Source: Promethearchaeota archaeon
GTDB taxonomy: Archaea; Asgardarchaeota; Lokiarchaeia; Sigyniarchaeales; SOKP01
DNA: 64,000 nucleotides
NCBI GenBank assembly: GCA_030603385.1
Contig: JAUVXW010000008.1
Coordinates: 32,001 to 96,000, forward strand
Reading direction: 5' to 3'
A model generated the notes under the pieces. It saw only the letters and a program-made list of their open reading frames with translations. It searched no databases and was not told the origin of the DNA. The position numbers and the translations under genes are program-made. Below, piece after piece: positions 49,133 through 59,102 of the stretch; positions within the stretch are counted from its first letter, which is position 1, and each line of letters opens with the position of its first letter.

Positions 49133-49867
49133 TTATGTGCTTTCTACTTTCTCGATTAAATCATCAAACTCTTTATCTGATAGAAAACCCTTATGAGCCA
49201 TTATACCCTTGATCTCTTCCATAAGTTGAGGTGCTCCTTTTGCTTCAGAAATGGTTTCTTCAAGGTATTCAATTTTTAGTTTAAGGGCGTTTATTTCCTT
49301 TGTTTGGGAATCTCGTTCATCTTTAAGGCTTTCGATTTCTACATATTTATCTGAAATAGTTGTCTGCAGTTCTTTTTTAAGATCTGCAATTTCATTTTCT
49401 CTTTGCTGTAATTCATCTTTAACACCTGTCTTTTCACTTTCTAAATTGTCTTTTGCTTCTTTTTTTTCTCTTTCTAAGGTTTCTGCCTTTAAAGAAGATT
49501 CTTTTAACTTATTTTCTAATTCTGTAATTTTAGAATTAGCTTCTGACAAATTATCTTCTAATTCTGTTTTGGATGATTTAAATTTAGTAATCTCCGCATC
49601 TGCATAAAGCTTCTCTTCTCTTGCTCGTTCGAAATTTTTTTGTGTTTCCAAAAGACTCTGTGACTGTTCCTCTGCCTTTTTCGATACATCTGAGAATTTT
49701 TCTTTAGTTGATTTAAGATCAACTGAAGTCTTTTCTAGGTCTTTTGTTTTTTGAGCTAGTTGCTTTTCTAAATTATTAATTTTAGATCTTAGATCTAACA
49801 AGAACTTTCCCTCAACAGGTAATTTCTTATCAGGACGTGTTTCGGCCTTAGCCCAGTCGATTGATAT
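49133..49867 (-). CDS. Coiled-coil protein, paralog of 50010-50735 (start extended to ATA at 49867)
   Basis: In-frame upstream codons give (M)SIDWAKAETRPDKKLPVEGKFLLDLRSK, aligning to MGIDWVRVEENPKKKHSVEGKILLEFRTK. AGGTGA RBS upstream. Confidence 0.78.
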   Translation of the reverse strand: MSIDWAKAETRPDKKLPVEGKFLLDLRSKINNLEKQLAQKTKDLEKTSVDLKSTKEKFSDVSKKAEEQSQSLLETQKNFERAREEKLYADAEITKFKSSKTELEDNLSEANSKITELENKLKESSLKAETLEREKKEAKDNLESEKTGVKDELQQRENEIADLKKELQTTISDKYVEIESLKDERDSQTKEINALKLKIEYLEETISEAKGAPQLMEEIKGIMAHKGFLSDKEFDDLIEKVEST

Positions 49868-50009
49868 CTCACTTTCACCTTTAGATATATAAATTTTTTA
49901 TTTTTATTTTACTGTATATTTATTTTCTTAAAATCTATTATATATAAATTTTACATTAAAATATTTAATACACTAGGGTTTTCATAATTATTTTAATAAC
50001 TGTACTTTA

Positions 50010-50735
50010 TTACTGCACAGTTGAGTAAATCTCTTCAAATTCCTTATCTGAAAGAAAACCCTTAACATCTAATAACTCTTTAATTTTTTTTATTACGCTT
50101 AATATCTCTTCTGATTTTGCTATTTGTTCCTCAATAGATTCGACCCTTTTAATTTGATAAGAAATTTTTCCTTTTTCAACCTCTAAATTCTTTTTAAGGA
50201 ACTCAATTTCTTTATCTCGTTGCCCTAATAGAGATTTTGAATTTTGTATTTCTTTTTCCTTATCTAATAAATTTTTAGCTTTACTTAGCAAATCTTCTTC
50301 TTTAGTTTGGATTTCTTTTTCTTTTCGTAATATTCTTTGCTCTACTTCCTCAGATTTCTTCACAGCAAGTTTTAATTGACTTTCCAATGTCGTAATTTTT
50401 TTAGTAGATTCATTTAATTTTTCCTCTAAATCGGATTTTGCTGCCGTCAATTGCGTAACCTTAATGTCTGCATGAAGTTTCTCTTCATTAATTTTATCAA
50501 GTGATTTTCTAGCCGAAGACTTTTTTAGAGTAAGTTCAATCAAACTTTTCTCTCGTCCTGCTAATTTTCTTTTCGTAATTTCTAAATCTTCGGCAATTTT
50601 TTCTAATTCTTTAACAAGTTCATTTAACCTTTGTTCTAAATCCTTATTTTTCGTTCTAAATTCTAATAAAATCTTACCCTCTACAGAGTGTTTCTTTTTG
50701 GGGTTTTCCTCTACTCTTACCCAGTCTATACCCAT
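50010..50735 (-). CDS. Coiled-coil protein
   Basis: Heptad K/E/L-rich; shares EEKL.AD and the C-terminal KGFLSDKEF with its neighbour. Confidence 0.8.
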   Translation of the reverse strand: MGIDWVRVEENPKKKHSVEGKILLEFRTKNKDLEQRLNELVKELEKIAEDLEITKRKLAGREKSLIELTLKKSSARKSLDKINEEKLHADIKVTQLTAAKSDLEEKLNESTKKITTLESQLKLAVKKSEEVEQRILRKEKEIQTKEEDLLSKAKNLLDKEKEIQNSKSLLGQRDKEIEFLKKNLEVEKGKISYQIKRVESIEEQIAKSEEILSVIKKIKELLDVKGFLSDKEFEEIYSTVQ

Positions 50736-50904
50736 ATTAATCCACTAATTTTGTTAATAAGAAGTTCAATATTTATTATTTTATTATTTTAAAATTTACT
50801 TCTTTATTAAATCTTTAAAATTAAATTAATTTTTCATAAAAAATAATTATTTTAGTGAAAAATCATTGATTATATAAGATTAAATAAGGATAGATATATT
50901 TTTC

Positions 50905-51707
50905 ATGGTTAAAATTGAAATTGGAACTGCAGGATGGGATATAAAGACTGGGTTGGTCCTTTTTATCCAAAACAGTTAGAGAGAAGCCATCATTTGGAAT
51001 ATTTTTCTAAATACTTTGATGTTGTGGAGATTAATTCTACTTTTTATAATCTCCCCTCTATAGATATGGTTAGAAATTGGAAATTACGTGTTCCTGCAAA
51101 TTTTTGTTTTATTGTTAAAGTGTGGCAAAAAATTACTCATAATCTTGATGATCCTGATTTAGATTCACACATTGTAAAGTTCTTTTCTACAATAGAACAT
51201 CTAAATGGTAAAATTAAGGCGTTTCTATTACAATTCCCACCTTGGTTTAAATACACCGAAAACCATTTTGAAAAATTAAAATCATTACTAAATGAACTTC
51301 CTTTAGAATATAAGTATATTATTGAATTAAGAGATAATTCTTGGTTTAATCCTGAAATTCTAGCTAAGTTAATTGATAGGGAAAAAAGAATACTTGGAAC
51401 AACATATATGCCTGGAGTTATAGCCTATTATATGGAAAATCAAAAATTTTATTATATTAGGCTAATTGGAGATAGAAAACTCACTATTTTTAATCGAATT
51501 CAAAGAGATCAAAAGGATGCTCTAATTGACCTCTATAAGAACGTTCAAAATTTGATGAACATACCTGAGATATCTGAAATATTTATTATTGTGAATAATC
51601 ATTTCCAAGGTTCGGCTCCTGAAAGTGTAACTAATTTAAGAAAGAAATTTGGAATATCTTATAACAGTTTTAATAAGCAAAGAAGCTTGTCAGAATATTT
51701 AAAATGA
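50905..51707 (+). CDS. DUF72 (YecE-like) protein with an apparent 1-nt frameshift near its 5' end
   Basis: ATG at 50905 gives MVKIEIGTAGW in one frame. YKDWVGPFYP, VEINSTFY, LLQFPP, E.R and NNH follow in another frame. Confidence 0.82.
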
Positions 51708-51798
51708 AATCTTTTAATGATAATGCATTCGCTTTTGGATTTTTAAATCGCTCTTTTGAATAAGAAAGTTTAAATATATTGAGTTTAACTAATTTTTT

Positions 51799-53031
51799 AT
51801 GGATATCATCGATAATTTAAAGAAACTAGGTAAAAATTGGAGATTAACAGCTCTTTTAGTCTGGATGTTAGTAGGAATAGCTATTATTCCATATCCTAAC
51901 CGTATTGTTTCAATAATTGGCATTTTGATATTTTTACCATTCTTAGTTTTTTTAATGTTCTTGTTTTTGCTTTCTCTTATTTCTAAGAAGAATATTTTTG
52001 AGTACTCCCCATGGAAAATAATTGTGTTTTTGTTGATTTCTTTACCTATTATGCTTTTTATTTCAATAATTTTAATAGTACTATTAGCAATTTCAGTTGT
52101 CTCTTACTTTTTCTTTACATCATGGTTTATCCTTTATGGATGTTATTTATTAGGAAAAAATATTGATACTAAATTATATAAAACTCCTAAATTAAGACCT
52201 TTTATAAGAACTCTCATCTTTTTCGGAGGTTTAGCTGCTTCTCTTCTATTCTTATATCTATTTATTATAGGGCCTACATTATTTGATTTTTCTGTTATAA
52301 TCGAAACACCAATAGATTTCCCATGGTATCTTAATGGAATTTATATACTTGTTGGAGGAGTTCTTGTTGGACTCGCAATTGTTTGCATTGTTTATATGTT
52401 TAAAAAAAGCTTTGCTGGTTGGTTTGGTACATTTGCAATATTGGTTTCAATCTATACACTATTTCTGATATTAAAGATCTATCTAGGTATTGTTGATACT
52501 GAACCGGATGAGATTGGTTCTATTTGGGCTTACATTGCAGTGATAATCCCAGATCTATTTATTATCTTTTATTCTCTGAGTACTCTTATGGGATCCCAAG
52601 CAGAACTTTTAAGTAAAAGATTTAAAAGGTTTGGACTTGATGCAGTAATAATTTGGTTGATACTTTCAAAGGTAACATATGAATTTATTCACTACTTCCC
52701 TTACGATGTCTTTCAAGAAGTAAACGTTCCTTGGCTTAATGCCTTATCTACTTTAGATACTAATGATCTTATTAATCTTGTCAAAAATGTTGCTGTACTA
52801 ATATTCTTTATAGCTTTATTAGTAGTAATAGGAATATATGAGATTAATAAATATGCTAAAGAGCAGAAACAGTTAAAAATAGAAGTTGATTTGGATGTAA
52901 AAGAATTACTCGCCCCCCAACCAATTTTAGAAGAAAAACATGAAACCGAGGCAAGTGATCCTTCAGAACCCATAGAAGACACTGAAATTTATGATAAAAC
53001 TGATGAAGACAATGAAGACGAAGTATTTTAA
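51799..53031 (+). CDS. Multi-pass membrane protein with acidic C-terminal tail
   Basis: About 10 hydrophobic helices. Confidence 0.7.
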   Translation: MDIIDNLKKLGKNWRLTALLVWMLVGIAIIPYPNRIVSIIGILIFLPFLVFLMFLFLLSLISKKNIFEYSPWKIIVFLLISLPIMLFISIILIVLLAISVVSYFFFTSWFILYGCYLLGKNIDTKLYKTPKLRPFIRTLIFFGGLAASLLFLYLFIIGPTLFDFSVIIETPIDFPWYLNGIYILVGGVLVGLAIVCIVYMFKKSFAGWFGTFAILVSIYTLFLILKIYLGIVDTEPDEIGSIWAYIAVIIPDLFIIFYSLSTLMGSQAELLSKRFKRFGLDAVIIWLILSKVTYEFIHYFPYDVFQEVNVPWLNALSTLDTNDLINLVKNVAVLIFFIALLVVIGIYEINKYAKEQKQLKIEVDLDVKELLAPQPILEEKHETEASDPSEPIEDTEIYDKTDEDNEDEVF

Positions 53032-53177
53032 ACCGATTAGATCAGTTTTTAATACAATTTATAAAATTAATTAATTTTTTTTCTTTTTTGTAAATTAAAA
53101 ATTCTTCATAGATTAATTGGTTAATAATTAGTTTTATCAAAGAATATTTCAAATGATGTTATATTTAATCTCTACTA

Positions 53178-53705
53178 GTGGTTAATATGAGTAATTATGA
53201 ATCTAATGTTGAGGAATTATTTCTTGAAAAATTTGAGAAATTAGCATTAAGAGTTGAACAACTTACTGATGAAATTTTGAAAATGAAGGATAAATTAGAT
53301 AAAAATTATAAACTTAATAGAACATTTGGCTTGAAAACAATTAGAAATTCTGAATCTTTAGAATTTGCAAAGGATATAATGGGTATTGGAAGCCCAACAA
53401 AAAGATATCTTTTATCCTTAAGAGCGATTACAGAAGAATGGAAAGGAAGAAAAAATGATATTCTCTTAACCATCAGACAACAAGAACAAGAAACTCATTT
53501 AGATTTAAAGGCTCTTGGAATCAGAATTCCAATAAATGATATCAAGAATATTTCACTATTAGCTAAAGAAATTTTATCTCTTCTATATATTTCTTGTGAT
53601 TTACATGGCACGTCTATTAATGAAATACTAAGGGACATTATTACTGAGATAAATGAAAATGGATATAAAATGGTTCAAGAAATTAAACAAAAAATGGTTT
53701 TTTAG
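53178..53705 (+). CDS. Hypothetical protein
   Basis: 175 aa with an N-terminal coiled coil; no family recognised. Confidence 0.6.
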   Translation: MVNMSNYESNVEELFLEKFEKLALRVEQLTDEILKMKDKLDKNYKLNRTFGLKTIRNSESLEFAKDIMGIGSPTKRYLLSLRAITEEWKGRKNDILLTIRQQEQETHLDLKALGIRIPINDIKNISLLAKEILSLLYISCDLHGTSINEILRDIITEINENGYKMVQEIKQKMVF

Positions 53706-53759
53706 CAATACATTTAGTTTTTCTTTAGATTAACATACTCTTTATAGATAAATTAATGA

Positions 53760-53873
53760 TCGTGAAACCATAGTTTCACGAAATTTTATTCTAAATGAAC
53801 TCATAATGGAGATGAAAAATTTAGATAGTTGTTTTAAATGTTATGAGATTATTTTTAATGAATACTCATTAAA
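53760..53873. promoter_or_regulatory. Two palindromic operator-like sites upstream of the acyl-CoA operon
   Basis: TCGTGAAAC-CATA-GTTTCACGA (53760-53781) and TTTAATGAATACTCATTAAA (53854-53873). Confidence 0.5.
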
Positions 53874-53908
53874 TGAAATTTTTATGATAAAATCGAGTTG
53901 AAAAGAAT

Positions 53909-54697
53909 TTGGATTATGAAGATATAATTTTCGAAATAAAAGATCGTGTTGCGCGAATAACTATTAATCGTCCTGAACGATATAATGCGTGTACACAAAA
54001 GACAGTTCATGAATTAATAGATGCTTTTAACAAGTGCATAGACAACGAAATAGGTGTTGTGGTATTTACGGGTGTTGGAGAAAAAGCGTTTTGCACTGGT
54101 GGAGATCAGAGTACCCGTGAAAAGGGGGGATATAAAGGAGGACATTTGTTACCCCTTGAGGTAGGCTGGCAACGTGTTACACATTTAATACGTACTTTAC
54201 CTAAACCCGTTATAGCTCGAGTGAATGGATATGCTATCGGAGGTGGCCATGTTTGGCATGTTAATTGTGATCTAAGTATTGCAGCAGAACATGCACAGTT
54301 AGGACAAGCAGGACCTCGTGTAGGCTCGTTTGATCCTGGCTATGGAACTGGTGACTTAATGCGTGCTGTAGGTTTAAAGCGTGCGAAGGAAATCTGGTAT
54401 CTTTGTCGACGGTATACAGCTCAACAAGCTCTCAAAATGGGACTTGTAAATGCTGTGGTACCTATGGAAAAATTAGATGAGGAAGTAGAACAATGGTGTC
54501 AGGAATTATTAGAGAAGAGTCCTACAGCCTTGAAAATGCTAAAATATGCTTTTTTAGCTGAGACAGATGGTGTTACTGGGGTTACTCAGCTTGGTGTTGG
54601 TGGCTTATCACTTTATTATGGCACAGATGAAGCTGTAGAAGGAAAAAATGCATTTTTAGAAAAACGTAAACCAGACTTTAACCAATTTAGAAAATAG
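53909..54697 (+). CDS. Crotonase-family MenB/BadI-like enzyme (likely 2-ketocyclohexanecarboxyl-CoA hydrolase-like)
   Basis: INRP...NA, FCTGGDQ, GYAIGGG, VGSFDPGYG and EG..AF.EKR.PDF. Confidence 0.85.
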   Translation: MDYEDIIFEIKDRVARITINRPERYNACTQKTVHELIDAFNKCIDNEIGVVVFTGVGEKAFCTGGDQSTREKGGYKGGHLLPLEVGWQRVTHLIRTLPKPVIARVNGYAIGGGHVWHVNCDLSIAAEHAQLGQAGPRVGSFDPGYGTGDLMRAVGLKRAKEIWYLCRRYTAQQALKMGLVNAVVPMEKLDEEVEQWCQELLEKSPTALKMLKYAFLAETDGVTGVTQLGVGGLSLYYGTDEAVEGKNAFLEKRKPDFNQFRK

Positions 54698-55557
54698 TGA
54701 GGATAATGAAAATAAAAAATGTATGTGTAATCGGAGCAGGGATTATGGGATCAGGAATTGCCCAATTAATAGCAACTCACGGTTATAATGTAAATTTAGT
54801 TGATGTAAGTGAGGAGTTATTGAAAAAAGTTAAAAATTCGATAGAAATTAATTTAGAGAGGTTTTTTGTTGCTAAAAATAAAATAACTAAAGAAGAAGCA
54901 GAAAAAATTTTAAACAGAATTAGCCTAAATGTTAATAAACATGAAGCTGTTAAGGATGTTCAAATAGTAATTGAAGCTGTTTTTGAAGATATGGATTTAA
55001 AACAACAATTATTTTCTGAACTGGATAACCTGTGTAAAAAAGATGTAATTCTTGCGTCTAATACATCATCTTTAAGTATCACAGATATTGCCTTAAAGTC
55101 TAAAAATCAAGAAAGGATAATAGGAATACATTTCTTCAACCCAGCTCCGGTAATGAAATTGATTGAATTAATAAAGGGAAATAACACTTCTGATGAAATT
55201 GTAGAAAAATCAAAATTATTTTCTGAAAGTTTAAATAAAACAGTGGTGACTGTAAATGATTCACCTGGTTTCGTAACAACTCGACTTATTTATGTATTAT
55301 GTAATGAAGCAATTAATTTGTTTACGAAAGGAATTGCCAGTGCCAAAGATATAGATACTGCATGTAAATTAGCATTCAATTTTCCTATGGGCCCTTTAGA
55401 ACTTTCTGATTTAGTTGGTAATGATATATATTATCATATTGGGAGGTATTTAGAAGAAGAGCTAGGACAAAAGTATCAACCAAGCCCTCTTTTACAAGAA
55501 ATGGTAGAAAGCGGACTTCTAGGGAGAAAAACGAGGAAAGGTTTCTATGAGTACTAA
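54697..55557 (+). CDS. 3-hydroxyacyl(butyryl)-CoA dehydrogenase
   Basis: GAGIMGSGIA, IEAVFE, SNTSS, HFFNP, PMGP and GRKT..GFY.Y. Confidence 0.93.
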   Translation: MRIMKIKNVCVIGAGIMGSGIAQLIATHGYNVNLVDVSEELLKKVKNSIEINLERFFVAKNKITKEEAEKILNRISLNVNKHEAVKDVQIVIEAVFEDMDLKQQLFSELDNLCKKDVILASNTSSLSITDIALKSKNQERIIGIHFFNPAPVMKLIELIKGNNTSDEIVEKSKLFSESLNKTVVTVNDSPGFVTTRLIYVLCNEAINLFTKGIASAKDIDTACKLAFNFPMGPLELSDLVGNDIYYHIGRYLEEELGQKYQPSPLLQEMVESGLLGRKTRKGFYEY

Positions 55558-55795
55558 ATTTCACCGCCATTTTGGACCAAGTGTTTTTTCTCATTTTTTT
55601 ATAAAACTTTAATATTTACTTATTGCATATAATTACTTTTTGCATTTAAAATATGTATTAATATAACGTAAAAGTCATATTTTGATTATTTTTTAATATA
55701 AAAAGTCTTATTAAATATTCGTAATATAAAAAATTGGGTTAAGGTTTTTAGGGGTTTATAAATTCGAGAATCTCTTTCCTAAAAAATAATTTATT

Positions 55796-56284
55796 ATGAG
55801 TAAGTCTAGGCTAACAAAAAAAAATCTGGAATTTGAAGAGCAAGTTGATAGAAACGATAAAAACTACATGAATTTAGTTGAGAAATACAATCAATTAAAG
55901 GAAGAAAATCAAAATTTATCAGACGAAAGTAAAATTTTAAAAGATCTTATCATCGAAAGTACTAAGAAAAATTATCAAATATCTTTAATAGAAGCAGGTA
56001 ATTTAAATAATTCTCATAAAAATTCAGAAATTAAAAATTCTTTCTATATCCAGATAATTTTAGGAATTATTGTAATTGTTTTATCATTAGGATTTCACAT
56101 TTTATATTTATCCATTACAGATTGATTATTATATAATGGCGGAGATCCAGGATGTTGGATTAAAAACTGGTTGGGTATTGATATCCATGCAAGTTTTTAT
56201 CTTGATGTTATGTTATATTCGTTGATCGCGCTTCAGTCTCTTCTAATAATTTTAATAATAAGAACCCAACTAGCAAAAGCATAA
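55796..56284 (+). pseudogene. Coiled-coil plus 2-TM protein interrupted by an in-frame TGA (56123-56125)
   Basis: The frame stays open for 52 more codons after the TGA (LLYNGGDPGCWIKNWLG...LIALQSLLIILIIRTQLAKA) and encodes a second TM helix. Confidence 0.6.
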
Positions 56285-56348
56285 TTAAATTTCTTTTAAG
56301 AAGATTTATATCTATAGAATAAAATTAGGATATTGACCAAAGATTATA

Positions 56349-58097
56349 TCATTTCTTTACTAAGATTAGTTTATCTTCTTCAAGAATTATTTTATCTTTA
56401 TTTAAAGGACTGAAATTGTATGTACTTCTCATTGCATAAACGATTAAATCTCCAAATATTTTTAGTTTTAATGTTTTGAATAAATCATTTATCATTTGAA
56501 GATCTTCAGGAATTGATACACCAAAGAAAGGATTTAACAATAAATATATCGAAGCACCTAAAATTATACCAAAAAGTAAGCTAATTCTACTATTAAATGG
56601 GAAAAACCATAATATAAAAAACAGAATAAATAAATTTGGTACTAAGCGATATATTCTAATTTTATAATTTACTTTAAGCTTCCGTTTAAGTTGAAAGATT
56701 GTATAAGGTAACAGAAAGAAGGCGGATATCAACATCACTATCCCAATACCTAAGATCCCAAAAAGAAAAAGAAAAATTGGAGATAATCCTGTTATTATTA
56801 TGATTGTTATTAGAAAACCTCTTGCTGCGGAATTAGCATTTCCAGATCCTATTAGAGCATTTCCAAATAGGGTCGAATATCCATAAATAAACTGACCTAA
56901 AACTATAAGAATGAATAAAGTTTGTGCCATAGAAAAGATTTCGCTATTGAAAGTTCCTCCCTCCATAAATAGATCTCTATGTAAATAAAATAGCAATTCC
57001 CCTGAAAGGGCTACCATTGCAGTGAGAAACCCAAGAGCTAAAATGCTGGAAATTCTTGTTGAATCGTTAATTGAAGCCTCTACAGTACCATAACTCTCTT
57101 TAGCAAACGCTTCAGCAATCTCAATGCTCAATGGAGCAGAGTAATACAATATTACTGTTTTAACAGCTCCGTAAGTCATTAAGACAGTTAATAAACTCAA
57201 TGCTAACCCCTGATATTCAGGATCTGAAAATATAGCTAAATATATAGCAGTAAAAAAAAATAAAATATCTTCGAAAAATTTTGAATTTTGAATATTAGTT
57301 AGCATTGAATAGGCAGAATTTTTCATATATAGCAATATTTGATGTTCCTCAATTAATTGACTAATTTCTGGAGATGTTCTTTTTTTCATAGTCCTTGTTC
57401 TTAAACCTGCTTGAATTATTTCTTTAATTGAATAAGGGGCCTGCTTGCTAAAAAAAAAAGCAAATAAAAATAATGTAGTAATATTGAAAAACGGGTGAAA
57501 TGCAAACCAAAAAGGGCTGATATTAAAAGAGATAAAAATGTATCCCCAAAATAATAGAAAAATCCCTGCAAATATTGATAAAAATGCAATTATATCGTAT
57601 CTATTCTTAATTTCTAACCCAATTTGAAAAACATAGTTGCTATATATTAAAATAGAGCTAACTCCTGACGCAAAAATACATTCTCTTAATAATTGATTTG
57701 TTTGAACAAAACCAAAAATATAGGATATCATAATCATCCCAAGTCCTAATATCAACCCAACTAGAAACAGAATTTTCGAATAGGTTGCTGCTTTTAAACG
57801 CCCTAATTCTTCATTAACAATAAAGGCAGTTTTTATTTCTGCAATAAAATATCTTGAAATTCCTATCCCCATCAATCCTACAATACCGTTTATTGCGGTT
57901 GTTAATCCGAAATATTTTAACCCTTCCCATCCTGTACCTAATATTATGAAAACCCAAATACATCCCGCATTAATTAATGCAAAAAACATATAAAGAGATC
58001 CAGAAGTTATCACTCGCGAACTCCCTTCTTGCTCAAAGAACTTTCGATCTCTTGAGAAATCAATTTTAAGTTCTTTTCTCTCTGGTATTTTTTCCAT
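56349..58097 (-). CDS. Polytopic membrane protein, probable MOP-superfamily (flippase/MATE-like) exporter
   Basis: About 14 TM helices; GIGISRYFIAE, L.G.G and FGILGIG patterns typical of Wzx/MurJ-like proteins. Confidence 0.6.
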   Translation of the reverse strand: MEKIPERKELKIDFSRDRKFFEQEGSSRVITSGSLYMFFALINAGCIWVFIILGTGWEGLKYFGLTTAINGIVGLMGIGISRYFIAEIKTAFIVNEELGRLKAATYSKILFLVGLILGLGMIMISYIFGFVQTNQLLRECIFASGVSSILIYSNYVFQIGLEIKNRYDIIAFLSIFAGIFLLFWGYIFISFNISPFWFAFHPFFNITTLFLFAFFFSKQAPYSIKEIIQAGLRTRTMKKRTSPEISQLIEEHQILLYMKNSAYSMLTNIQNSKFFEDILFFFTAIYLAIFSDPEYQGLALSLLTVLMTYGAVKTVILYYSAPLSIEIAEAFAKESYGTVEASINDSTRISSILALGFLTAMVALSGELLFYLHRDLFMEGGTFNSEIFSMAQTLFILIVLGQFIYGYSTLFGNALIGSGNANSAARGFLITIIIITGLSPIFLFLFGILGIGIVMLISAFFLLPYTIFQLKRKLKVNYKIRIYRLVPNLFILFFILWFFPFNSRISLLFGIILGASIYLLLNPFFGVSIPEDLQMINDLFKTLKLKIFGDLIVYAMRSTYNFSPLNKDKIILEEDKLILVKK

Positions 58098-58283
58098 AAA
58101 TAATAAGCTATCTCTTAACTAATTATTCAATATGAATTTTTTAGTTAAAAAAAAGTTTTAGAAAAAATCTAAAAACATGTAAAAGAATAGAGTTGCCCAT
58201 CTTATTTATCTAGTAATAATAGAGAATTTTATGATTGACTGTTTTTACTACATAATATTATTAAAGATAATCAGATGAGTTAA

Positions 58284-58457
58284 ATGGTTGGTAAAGATAT
58301 TATATGTGAGAATTGTGGAGAAAATACTGACTCAGAAATATTTAATTGTGAAGATTGTAGTAATATTCTCTGCGATACGTGTAGTAACATCTGTAAAAAA
58401 TGTGGAAGCTATTTATGTGATAATTGCTATCATGAACATAAAAAAAACTGTAAATAA
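58284..58457 (+). CDS. 57-aa Cys-rich zinc-binding microprotein, not in ORF track
   Basis: MVGKDIICENCGENTDSEIFNCEDCSNILCDTCSNICKKCGSYLCDNCYHEHKKNCK has five CxxC; its stop abuts the next ATG. Confidence 0.8.
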   Translation: MVGKDIICENCGENTDSEIFNCEDCSNILCDTCSNICKKCGSYLCDNCYHEHKKNCK

Positions 58458-58853
58458 ATGAAAGGTTCTTATATTTTAGTTATTCACATTCCTGAAATGA
58501 TTGAAATAACTATTGGTGCTTTAGACAGCGTCTTATTTGACAAAGGGTTTTATTTATATATTGGATCTGCTATGGGCGGTTATGGTTCAAATACCTTAGA
58601 AAATAGAGTAAAAAGACATATTTCACCTTCAAATAATAAAAAAACTCACTGGCATATTGATTACTTATTAAATTATGAGAAAAGTATTATAACACAGTTA
58701 TACTTAATTCCTTCATTATATCGTCTAGAGTGTATAATTGCTAAAGAAATGATGGAGTTTTCAGACGATATTATTGAAGATTTTGGATCATCTGATTGTA
58801 TGTGCAACAGCCATTTATTTTATTTCCAGCAATTTAAAGAGTTTAGATATTAA
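58458..58853 (+). CDS. GIY-YIG (DUF123/Uri) family nuclease
   Basis: GSY.L, Y.YIGSA, R..RH, HWHIDY and FGSSDC.C.SHL. Confidence 0.88.
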   Translation: MKGSYILVIHIPEMIEITIGALDSVLFDKGFYLYIGSAMGGYGSNTLENRVKRHISPSNNKKTHWHIDYLLNYEKSIITQLYLIPSLYRLECIIAKEMMEFSDDIIEDFGSSDCMCNSHLFYFQQFKEFRY

Positions 58854-59102
58854 AGTAATTTAACTCAAAAAAAATAATAATAAAAATGTAAAAATTATCG
58901 TATGGAGAATATTGAAGGGAAAAGTCAAAAATTTAAAACATAATATTTGATTAAGGATTACGATTAGATTGTGAGTAACTGTTTCCAATCAGATTTATTG
59001 AAGTACATTTTGATATTTTTGAAAAATTAAATAAAATCCTTAAAATTTTTTAAACTTGCAATTGAATTTTACATATCAGAAATCAAAATAAAAAAATAAA
59101 AA

